A stretch of DNA of 64,000 nt from Octopus sinensis (Eukaryota): assembly GCF_006345805.1 (NCBI RefSeq), contig NC_043004.1, positions 44,950,001-45,014,000 on the forward strand, read 5' to 3'. The position numbers and the translations under genes are program-made. The notes under the pieces were generated by a model. The model saw nothing but the letters and a program-made list of their open reading frames with translations. It did no database searches and was not told the origin of the DNA. This document shows positions 25,121 to 37,445 of this stretch, one piece after another (the first letter of the stretch is position 1; each line of letters begins with the position of its first letter).

Positions 25121-25453
25121 CATAAGCAGAAAGTGTAACCTCTCGAGAGAGCTGTTCTTCACTCCTGCTCCAGAGCATCGGCTGCGGGGTCACTCCGAAA
25201 AGCTCTATCTGCGACGATTTCATCTCAATCGAAGGAGAGGGGCTTTCTCCGTCCGGGTTGTGGATCCGTGGAATAAGCTGCCGGTTGAGATAGTGAAGAT
25301 GCCGACGACCGCTCGGTTCAAAGTCTCTCTTGACCAGAAATGGCCTGAACTCTTTGCATGAACACCACCCGGTACATAGCTTATTGTCCCCCTACATGGC
25401 CTTCCTTTTTGCTTTTTGAGCCAAAAAATTAACTTAACTTAACTTACCTTAAC
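25121..25453 (+). mobile_element. 5'-truncated CR1-clade LINE (ORF2 C-terminus, 3' UTR, (AACTT)n tail)
   Basis: ORF end reads RLRGHSEKLYLRRFHLNRRRGAFSVRVVDPWNKLPVEIVKMPTTARFKVSLDQKW, the typical xRGHxxKL..R..FSxRVVxxWNxLP..FKxxLD terminus. Stop at 25359-25361, then an aacttaacttaactt tail. CpG-rich and uninterrupted, so probably young. Confidence 0.9.
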
Positions 25454-28048
25454 AATGTAATCACAGATCAAGTGGTTGTTAAAGTAAAGACAAAGACACA
25501 CGCATGCATGCACATTTGCACACATACGCGCACACACACACACACACACACATGGCTTCTGTACAGTTTCTGTCTATCAAAACATTGAATAATTCCTTCA
25601 TATCAAGCTCTGTTGTTTTTAAAAGGGAACGCACTTTGGATGCTAGTCAGAGACAGGATGGTCACAGCAGGATTGCTTTAAAACATAGACCTGTTTAATC
25701 AAGGCTAACCTGTCGCTAAACACCATCAACAACATCATACATATCACTTCTTATGCTTAGATATTCTATGTCATATGATAACAAATGGTACCATCTCACA
25801 CAACATTTAAACCAAAGATATTTATTCAAGGTGTTTTACTCATATTTCTATGCTAAATGTATGTGTGTGCGTGTATATATACACATACACACACACACAT
25901 ATCTAATTCACATTTATTTACATCATTTGTAAATACTGTCATTTCAACACATGGTATTAATTTTATTGCGATGTTCAGTCTTTACTCTGTTACACTATTT
26001 ACTGTACGTTAGTGATGAATAGAAATACGATATTGTTGCATAGCACCGTATAAGATTACTCTACTTATGCACTAAGATCTAAAGTTGTTGGAAAATTATA
26101 AATCATGTCTAATTAAGGTATATTTATTTATAAAAGGTCAGAAACTACAAAAAAAAAAGATAAAAAAATTAAAATATCCTCTTTTCTCCACCCTCCTTAT
26201 AACACCCGTCTTCAAGATAAGGTTACTTAGAGGAAATCAGTACTGTTTGGGGTAGAAAGCCATTTATTACAATTGCATTAACCTTCATATTTACACTTTT
26301 ATTCATTCTACAATTTCAGTGACTTCTATTTCTGTGTCTAAGTCTAAATCTGAAAAGCAGAGGTGAGGTTCTTTTTTTATTATCGTTTATCTTTCTAAGT
26401 GGGTGGGACATCGTTAAAGTAAGTAGCCGTACCTATAGTTTACTGGGAGTAGGTGTCAATCTACTGTACAATCATACAACCTCTTCCTCGTTAGGTTAAA
26501 GTAGAAAAAAATATGTAAAAGAAAAGTCTAAAAAAAAAAGATCAACAAATTACTAATAGCTAAGGGAGACACCACACTATATCAATAACTTCTAAATTAT
26601 TACCTTGGAGTCTCTACCCTTTTCTCTGTTGAGGAAGGCAACTCATTATGCACTAATTAGTTATTCCAGTTTTACACATCCAGGGTATCATAATATATTT
26701 ATTTGCATTTTCTTTCTATTGACTTTTATCCGCAACCAACCTCACATGAACTCACTAGTATAGTTAGAGTGTGTGCTGTCTCTGAGCTCCCACAAAAAAA
26801 AATGCAGACCCAAAAGCAGTGCTACCTAGGGTGGACTGATTCCCCTCCCCCCTCCAGCTATGCTAGTGCATGAGCTCAAGTTCCAACCCTCTATTATTAT
26901 TATTATTATTATGGTGGGGAACTGGCAGAATTATTAGCATGCTGGGCAAAATGCTTAGCTATTTTGCTCGTCTTTATGTTCTGCATTCAAATTCAGCCGA
27001 GGTCAATTACGCCTTTCATCCTTTCGGAGTTGATAAATTAAGTACCAGTCAACTTACCCACTCCCCACAAATCTCAAGCATTGTGTCTATTGTAGAAAGG
27101 ATTATTTTTATTACTTGTGTGTGTGTGTGATAACTGGAAATGTTGAAGGAATTGATCTGCGCAGCATACACCCTGAATGTATTGTGAATTGTACTGCAAC
27201 CTGTCCAGTTAATTGTGCCATCATGGAAGTTGCATGTGTGAATACAGACAATCATACACATATGGGAAGTGACAAAGAAAAGGCATATTGAGTAAAGATG
27301 AAATAACGATAAAAAATACATAACCCAAACTATCACGTTGTTAGAAATCTTTTTGTATCGCAAGTGTCATAAGTGTTTCACTCGTTACCCTGTACTCTTC
27401 ATCTGAGTGAGGCATTGCGGATTGAATTAGCCTTTTCCTACTGGAGTATTCTATTTGCTGTCTCTTGTCAATCACGACTATTTCGAGGTGGTCTCAGTTG
27501 CCTTGGCTATCTCCCTAGTGGTTCCATCAGTTATTTGGGTCCCAAACCATTGGTGGTAACTCTGTTTATACAGTTGCTTCAAATAGTTTTGTGTCAGAAG
27601 GGTGAGATATTCAAATATCTCTATTGTTTGACAAATGACTGGGTTCCCTTTCCCCATAGAGCTTTGTAGTTCTATCCCAGTTGTTTCACATGTAAAGTTT
27701 ATATAAATAGCTCCTCTGTAGTAAGACAGCTTTGTTTGCCCCTCTATATATTCTAACCTCTCATCTAGCACACGGTCACTTCTCTCAGTTCCAATCTGTC
27801 TCTCACTTGAGAGATTTTTGCCTTGCAAGCTACTTGGCCTTTCCACTGGCGCTAGTGCTATGCAAAAGCACCTGTGCTGTAGCCATGTAAAAGCCACCTA
27901 GTACACTCTGTAAAGTATTTAGTGAAGTCATAGAATACTTGCCAAAACAGACTGGTGCCGCTTTCTGGCTTGCCAACATCTGTCAAATCGTCTTACCTAC
28001 CTACGCCAGCATGAAAATAGACTTTGATGATGATTGAGGTAAATTATC

Positions 28049-28486
28049 GGATCTTTTTTGGTTTGAACGGCAGTTTTTAACATAATTTCTCAGTAACTAA
28101 AAAATTTTAAACTTTGTATACTGGTAGAATGTGTTTATAAAACATCTTTTTCTCTTGGCTTTATTGAGAAAATTCTATAGTTTGTAAGATATTTGTTGTT
28201 TTTTTTCTTCAATTTCTGCAATTTCAACCAATCACTGACGTCTATTGAAGTAAAAAAACATTCAGTGCCGTATGAATATGTCCCTCGTTTAAGTAACAGA
28301 TTGGGTTTATTTACATTCGTGAAGAAAAAAAGATACCCTTCCCCTAACCCTAACCAACCCTAACCCTAACTAACCATAACCCTAAAAGAGATTGAAATGC
28401 AATAGATCGATTCTAGGGTCATAATTATGGGTGACAATTTCATATGACACCGCTAGAAAAAACTGCCGTTCAAACCGCAAAGATCC
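28049..28486. mobile_element. MITE with ~29-bp GG-terminal TIRs, 8-bp TSD and internal (CCCTAA)n, copy 2 (Merlin- or hAT-like)
   Basis: TIRs ggatcttttttggtttgaacggcagttttt / aaaaactgccgttcaaaccgcaaagatcc. Perfect TSD aaattatc at 28041-28048 and 28487-28494. Confidence 0.9.
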
Positions 28487-30470
28487 AAATTATCTAGCAG
28501 ACTTGACTCTGTTTTTAATTCCCTACTGGTATGCAATGTTATGTAAAATCCAAACTGAAATTCTAAATCTATAGTCTCAATCACTCTACAATACTCTGAT
28601 GAGACACAATGTTGCTGTTGTCCACACAATGCATCCTGGGAAGGCTGCTCAACTGATTTGCATAAAATCACTTACAAACATGTTACAGCCTTTGGCTCTT
28701 TCTTGGCCATTTCTACCACTGCTACAATGTCCTATACTTCTCTGAGCCGTCTTCTACCAGTTCCATTCATGTATTCCTGATGTATCTTTCCTCCTCTCAT
28801 CACCTATATTATCTTCAACCTCCCTTGCTCTGTACTTTATTCCTTCTTCTCCACAGTGTTGGTTCTCTGGAACTCCTTTCTTACTCATGTCTGCTATATA
28901 GATTCAGAGTTTTGCAAACAATTTGAATGTAAAAAAAAAACCAACAACATGGAGCCTGTTGACTGATAAAAATGAAATCAAATGCCTTGAGCCTCAATTA
29001 CATAACTTATCAATTATAGATAGAATTTATTGCTGTATATTTTTTTTCATCAAGGTTAGTATCTCCATTTTGTATGTGTACATTTGTTCATATATGTGTA
29101 TGTACATATATGTGCTTGTGTGGGTACACATGCACACATACACATACACAGATATAATTACATAAGCAATACCCATAAGCTACTTCTATGTAAAAGGTTA
29201 AGGGAAAGTAATATCAATATGTTAATTAAATTTGTTATGAAAATACAAAACAAAACAACAGATGCTGTGTTTAAACCTCAGGGCTCTCAACAACCAGGGA
29301 AATAAACCATAGCGATCAATTTATTAGTTTTGATTTTTTGTTATGTCCATTGTTTGGGTTTGCTTATTCGCCATAGTCAGTAGGAGTAAAGGGTGATAAC
29401 AGATATAAACAATCTCGGACTACATTCATAATACTAGCTGCACCAAACCTACTCATTAGCTTACTCAGTACCACTGTGATTCTTAAGTCTGGATGTTAGC
29501 AGGCTGGGTTATAACTCCAAATTACTTTTGTGCTGGGGTTGGCAAAGTAGTCAGTGTTGGCCCCTGGCCGTCTATGTTGCTATTCATAGGGACAATAGAC
29601 ACCTTAAATGATTTTTGAGCATTAAGGATGTTGAAATTTATTAGCAATCAAGCCATATTTCGCATTAAATATTCCAGCCTTATCAGTAAAATATAACTGA
29701 ATTTTTGTTGTTTCTTATCAGTTTCATTAAGTATTTTCATTAAATTTCTTGGTAATGAGACAAAAGAACAATGGAATTATTGTTTTAAATCAAAAAATTT
29801 TTTTTTGGTTTATTACACTTTCTAATTTTAGTTTAGAAATTTACATGTGGATTGATAATTTATCAACGATTCCATGAATGATATGAGAAATTTGCTCACC
29901 TTTGCTTTAGAGTAAGGCTACAAATACTCACTGATATAAATGATTTCATATACTCTATGTTGCTACATTCAGACCTCCCCCCACTCTCTCTCTCTCTCTC
30001 TTGCATGCACACACACACCACATTAGTGGTTGGGGGGCCTAAGCTTCTGATGGAGCCATAGAGGCGCCGTTGTGACATATGGTATGTCTCAGGTATTTTA
30101 GTGATACTGTCAGGAGGGAGCAAGATCATTGTATCTTCACTTGAAAGGAATGTTCTGCATGCAAACTGCGTGTAAAATATAAATGTATTTGCTTATATAT
30201 CATCGTTGTTATTTGATAATGAGATGATAATAAATACACAAGTATGACTGTAGTTAAAAAGCTTATTTCATGATCATATGGTTTTGTGTTCAGTCTCACT
30301 GCATGGCACCTTATGCAGCTGTCTTTTACTATAGTCCTTGTGTCGAGAAATGCTTCGAGTAGAATTAATTGATGGAAATATGAGAAACCTGTTGTATATA
30401 AGTGAGTGTGAATATATGCATGTGTGTGTGTGTGTGCATATATATGTGTGTGTACATGTGTATGTGTCTG

Positions 30471-30514
<44 letters not shown>

Positions 30515-31069
30515 ATTCTTTTGTTTCAGTCATTTGACTGTGGCCATGCTGGAGCACTGCCTTAGTTGAACAAATCAACCCTAGCACTTATTCTTTGTAA
30601 GCCTAGTATTTATTCTATAGGGCTCCTTTGCCAACCCGCTAAGTTACAGGGATGTAAACACACCAACATCAGTTGTCAAGTGATGGTGGGAGGACACATA
30701 GACATACACACGACAGGTTTCTTTCAGTTTCCGTTTACCAGATTCACTCACAAGGCTTTGGTTGACCTGAGACTATAGTAGAAGACACTTGTCCAAGGTG
30801 ACAGGCTGTGGGACTGAACCCGGAACCATGTGGTTGGGAACCCCTATCTCAATTTGTGTATATCTGTATATACATCTGTCATGTGTATGAATGTTCACAG
30901 AAGAGCAGTGGAATAGAAAAAACAAAAACAACTCCTAACTGAAAAAACAGGTAAGGCCTGGCAACAGGAAGGGTATACAACTGAAAAGTGGTGCCTCACA
31001 TAGTCCCCCATCTAATACCACATAGCATAGGGAAAAAATTGAACATGTGAATAAATGTGTATATATATA

Positions 31070-31109
<40 letters not shown>

Positions 31110-33679
31110 ATATATATACATACATACATACAAACACAGATATTTTGTCAAAGGGGTAGTGTTTAGCTACTTGCATTGATGCAAGAGTGAGTGGAGCCGG
31201 AAAGATTCACCTTTCCTATTTTTCTTTTCCTGTGTCCCACCCTGATATCTCATCACCATCATCTTTATCACTCTTTCCAGTCCCTTCCTAATTACTCATA
31301 CCGACTCACTATTGTATAATGCAAGTAGCTATGTATCTTTTCTATTGCAAAATATCTGTTCTGTATCTTTTCATACTTTGACCTCCCATCGACTTGTATA
31401 AAGTTGCCTCCTTCTCTACTGTAATTCCACCCAGTTGAAAGCAATATTAGTCTTGTGAGGCTACATAGGCAGACCTCACCATGAAAAAAGCACTGGTGCC
31501 ATGAAAAAAAAAGCACCCAGTGCCCTCTGTAGAGGTGTTGGCATTAGGAAGGGTACCTAGCCCTGAAGACCATAGCAAAACAGGTGTTAGAGCATGATGC
31601 AGTTATCTAACTCATTAGATACTGTTAAACCGTCTGATCTATGCCAACGGAAAAACACAGATGTTAAAGATGATATATACTTGCATGCACGCACATGCAT
31701 GTGTGTGCGTGCACATACACACACATGCACACACAGATGTACACACTCAACCATATATAGACGCGTGCTCATACATACATACATACACAAAAGTAAAAGT
31801 ACTTCATACATATTGCAGAATATAATTACTTATTATGTTGTGCAGCTGGTACAATATTTGGACTGGAAATTGTCCTTCTAGTTATATTTACACATTCCAA
31901 ATATACTTGCATACATTTATCCTTTTAGAACTTTGACATTTGACCAATATTCCTGATGTATTATAGATTAATTCTGTAAATCTAATATTATTGCAGCCAC
32001 CCTGCTAGGCAGTTTTTGCCATTTACTTCTCAGTATTTATTTTACATGTGCAAATATATTATACATGTAAAATTTTTCCCTGCAACAGTAATATGTTCAC
32101 ATAGAATTCACTGAGTGCACAGAAGGTTGAACATATTAAAATAAGTTTGAAATTTACATGTTATGTAATCATAAATTTTGCATAAAGTTTTCAATCTACA
32201 TATACAGGATCATTAATAAAACACTGAATGTGGTCATTTATTACCACAAGCTCTGAAAGTACTGCACCTGCTTCAAACAACTATTACCTTACTGTATTTT
32301 CACTCTTCAATTTCATTTAAGCAATGGTTTCATATCACAAACTTGTACAAACAGACACACAATATTGATAATAATTATTTCAAAGTTTGAGAAAAGTCCA
32401 GCAATTTTAGAGAGAGGAAGCTGGTTGTTACCATCATGTTCAATACTTGAATGGTACTTTATTTTATTGGTTGATGTTGATGATGGTCCCTGGAGGATGA
32501 AAGGCAGAGTTGACATCAATGGGAATTGAACTCAGAATATGAAGGAAAGTTGGAACAAATACTGTAACGCATTTTGTCTGACATTCTAAAGATTCTGCCA
32601 TCTCACCTTAATAACAATAATTTCTAATTTAAGCACAAGGCCAACAATTTTTAGGGAAGTGGGTTAGTTGATAGTATCACCTCCAGTCCTCAGATATTTT
32701 ATCAACCCCTAATTTAAATGTAAGATCAAGGCAGCATTATTCAAATGAACATAGACTTACATAATTTTTTGTGGTTAAAATTGATATATAGACTACAAAA
32801 CACACACACACACACACCTGTTTTATGTGTACAAGCATTGGTGCATTAAGGAACTCACTTCACAACCATGTAATTTTGGGTTCAGCCTCAATGCATAGCA
32901 CCTGCTACTGATGCACTGGGCTGACCAATGCCTCGTGTGCGAAAGTAGTAGATGGAAACTGTGTGAAAGCCTATTATGTGTGTGTGCATGCCTTTGTATT
33001 TGTCCACCGCCACTGCTTGACATCTTGTTTTAGTTACTTATCCTTATAAAGTTGCAGTTTAGGAAAAAGCGACTAAGAAAGTTAGTACAAGGCTTAAAGC
33101 AAGAAGTAGGGATAAATTTGTTCGAGGCAGTGCCCCAGCATGATGGCAGTCTAATGATTGAAAGAAGGAATAGACTTCAGAAAATTAAGAGAATAAAACA
33201 CACACACATTTTACTTTATATACAAAATATGTGCCAAAATAGTTTTATTTGCTCTAAAGTGCACTGCCAGCAAAAAAAAAAATTTAGGAGCCAATAGCTT
33301 GGAGGGAATATTGCTTGCAGCATCCCTAGTAGTGCTGTAAGTAACCAACCACTCACTACACCATACCTGAGGAAGAAATAAAGGAAAATATTAAACGCCG
33401 ATGTATTCAGATCAATACATGTTACTCCACTTAACATACAAACTGTTGTCCTGAACACATGATGTTGGCAACTATCCTAGTCGCTTCAGGTCCCCCCCCC
33501 CGCTTTCTTTGTCTTTATCATTTTAACATTAGTTTTGTTTATTTATTTTATTTAATTTTATTTAAATACTTCTGACATCTCTATTCTGTTTATTTTACTT
33601 CTTACCAAATTTTAAATTTAAAACCAATATCTTCTTTAAGATGGCATTTAAGTGCTGAAGAAACAGCTCTTTTTTTACC

Positions 33680-33790
33680 TTACTACTACTACTACTACTA
33701 CTCTTACTACTACTACTACTACCACCACCACCACCACCACCATCACCACCACCACTACCACTACCACCACCGCCACCACCACCACCAAAA
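33680..33790. repeat. (ACT)n/(ACC)n trinucleotide tract
   Basis: Directly visible; source of the poly-Thr and poly-Gly/Ser ORFs. Confidence 0.95.
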
Positions 33791-34421
33791 CCACCATTCT
33801 TCTGTCTCCTCCCATTCCCCATGTCCTCATTATTCTCTTCGTTCTCTTGGAATCTCCATTAATGTGCCGGCACTAATTACCATAGAAACTGATGCCAGCT
33901 AGCTAATGTGATTAATACCAGAACGTTATTATATCCAAAAAGTACTTCAGAGAGAAACTGTTTGTTTGTGTACATATTTATATATGCATTCTTAATGATA
34001 TATATGTGTGTGTAACATATCTTTGTAGCTATGCATATTTATATATACATTTATATGCGTGTATGTACATGTTGATAATTATAGTTTATTTGATTGTCTT
34101 TGTACATTTGCATTCTGACATACATACATACGCACATACATACACACACACACACAGACACATGCAAGTATAGGTCTACTCTGATGTACACACACACACA
34201 CACACACACACATGCATTTCACACATAAGCAATATAAGTTACTTGGTGTATATATATTCATGTACAATTCAGGTTTCCAAGTGTAACAAAAGGTAAAAAA
34301 ATACATGTAGATTTATATATAGAAGGCATGAAGAAAAAATAATCAAAAAACTCAAGTTTCATGTTTCTCTCGGTGTGCAATAAATTCTGTTAGGTATATT
34401 GATTGATTTTTTTCCTTTGTA

Positions 34422-34472
<51 letters not shown>

Positions 34473-35884
34473 AGGCCAATATATTTGTGAAAGAAATGGC
34501 ATTGTCGATTAAATTGGTGCTTGTTAGTATATAACTGGTATTATTTGCTTTATTGATTACTAACCTGCTCCATCATATGCATGTAATGCAATAATCTGTA
34601 TTGGACACATTTTCAGTTGAAAACATGGTACATATAGTTAATAACTAATTACTCTGTCTTAATGAGCGTTCTGTGCTTACACAGGTGCACTCACCAATGT
34701 GAGATAATGTTAGTTAATTAACGACACATGGAAAATGTTGACATAGTTAAGCATGTTGGCAGTTGATGAGGGTAATCATCAACACTTGGTGTTTGAGTAT
34801 TCATTTAAAAACAAGATTGAGATGGGTAGATGGTGTCTATGGTCTTTTACTGGGTCTCTGAAAAGGGTGGTAGGGAGGGAGAAGTTATCCTTAAGAAGAG
34901 AGTGATTAGAGTGTTGCAAAGAAGCAATGATGGAAAGAAACAGATTAGAATGAGTGCTAGTGTTTAATTAGAAGAGGCATTGTAACTGATGTGCTAATGG
35001 CAAGAATAAAACTCCACTGTTCCAATGCAAAACCTGATGATTCCATTGTCAGCTGTCTGAGACATGAAAAAATGAAAAGATGTTCAAAAGTGATTAGGTG
35101 TAGCAGGGCAATAGAGACACATTTTAGTCTTTGACACAGCAGGGCAGGTGTATGCTACTGAATTCCAGACAGATGTTGGTGGCTTTCCAGGAGCACTTTC
35201 TTCAATTGATTTGGATGGGTAGTGGAGTGGAAATAATCCTAGACTTGAGTGCCTATTCTGACGGCCTACTGCAGCTCTAGGTTCTGGAGGGAAAATGTTG
35301 TGGAAAGCTAACAATAGTAGCTGAATTACAGTTGTTGTTAAGAAGTTGTGTGAGAGACAAATTGTATGATTTGAATGATCTGCCCTACAAGCCTTATGTA
35401 GACATGCCAGACTTGTTTGCTGGTGCTTAGGCAGATGTTTACTACTACTGACAGCAGAATAGTTGAATCCCAGGACTAATAGCTGAGTATTATTCTGTTC
35501 CTTGTTTTAGCCATTTGACTGTGGCCACGCTAGAGCACTGCCTTGAAGGGTTTTTTTGTTGTAGAATTCCACTCCAGGACTTATTCTTTGTTAGCCTAGT
35601 ACTTATTCTTTCGGTCTCTTTTGCTGAACTGCCAAGTTATGTGGATGAAAATGCACCAACATTGGTTGTTAAGCGATGGTTGGGGACAAACATGGACGCA
35701 AAGACACACACATATGACAGGTTTCTTTCAGTTTCTGTCTACCAAATCCAGTCACAAAGCTTTGGTCAGCCCAAGGCTGTAGTAGAAGACACTTGTCCAT
35801 GGATCCACTAAGTGGGACGGAACCTGGAAGCATGTGGTTGGGAAGCAAACTTCTTACCAAACAGGCATGCCTGCACCTACTAGT

Positions 35885-36180
35885 GAACAAGGAGGATATA
35901 TTAGATATAATTTTCAACCCAATAACTCTGCTGAATATAAGGTTTAAGATTTTGGCCAAGTTGCTATCAAAGCGGTTGATACTTATCGTGAGTACAAGAA
36001 GCACAGTCAAAAAGACACAGCTCTGTACAGCACTGGGCAGGTCTTCTGCATGCAAAAGCTCTACCTTATGCCACATATAGAGATGGTAGGTAATAAACCT
36101 GGCTTCAGTGAGGCTCTGATAAATTGTGAGGAGTTTTTAACAGAGTTGACCATTGCTTCTTGATAGTTGCCCTCAGTCAG
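35885..36180 (+). pseudogene. Decayed Tx1/L1-clade LINE reverse transcriptase fragment
   Basis: Translates as FNPITLLNIRFKILAKLLSKRL..QLCTALGRS, then after frameshifts KLYLMPHIEMVGNKPGFSEALIN..FNRVDHCFLIVAL. This matches the RT motifs RPITLLNxDxKILAKxLAxRL, QxCxVPGRSI and ALIxLDQxKAFDRVDH. Confidence 0.8.
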
Positions 36181-37404
36181 TTTCTGTTCTTCATTTGTAG
36201 AATATTCTATTGCGCTGCATTGTAACTTGTGACTCCATTACCCTTGTGGCAAAATATTGATACCATCATTTACACTTCGATATTATTCTTACGAAACACT
36301 TTTTCCTTCAAGTTGACTTATAAAGAAAAGAAAAATCTATATTTCCTACTATCTAGATTTTTATGTTTTACAGTTTTTGTTTTCATTTTATGAGTTCCAC
36401 TCACCCCATACCAGTGCTTACAGAACCATTGCTCAATGAAAAAAAATGATACAAAATCAATTATAATGGTGATTATTATTCTGGAGTACATTATACAACA
36501 ATAGCCACAACATCAAAACAATGGTAATATTAACGCACAACGTGACTAGTAATTATGATGACGGTGGTGAAGGTGAAATTTAAAAGAAATTAAATTGATG
36601 TACAAACATCAAACAAAAGCTGTTTTATGTCTATGTTGCCAGATGGTATGTCATGTGTTCACCCATTCATCCTCTCTCTCTCTCACTCTCTCTCACACAC
36701 ATACACACACACATGCACACATATGCACTAGAATGTGACATGTATATTGTTTTGATGATGTGATCACACACAGATTTATATAGTGAAACCCTCCCACATA
36801 CACACCTGGGTGTGGCATGTGCATACTTGTGATTACATGCGTACATATTCATATAAACAAACATACACACATATATTGAAGCATGTGCACAGTTTGATGT
36901 GCCTAGTGGATGCATTTTTGTATTTGCTAAGTCAGAACATGCATCCACTGAATGATGCATGCAAGCACAAACGTACATCTACATTGTTATACATATACAC
37001 ACACACACACACATACACATGCACACATACATACAAATGCTGTTTTATATGTGTGTATAGATGTACTTGCATCCACACACATCATCATTGCCCTTTTCCG
37101 TCAGCCTTATATAGTGGCATAAATTTGATGAGGAGGGGGCCATCATATTTTGAGCCAGCTTAGGTATGTTGAGAAATCATGTCTTACTTGTGCATTTCAT
37201 TTTAACAAGGTTTCTATGGCTGGATGCACTTCCTATCACAAACTGCTTTACGTGTTCCTGCATGTCGTAAAGCAACAGTGCCTCAGACGGTTTACTGTAA
37301 CCCATGTCAGCATGGATAAACAGATGTAAACCCTCTGAGGATTTATGAACATTTTATCATACATATATGTGTGTGTGTGTGTGTATATATTTTTATACAT
37401 GCTT

Positions 37405-37445
<41 letters not shown>

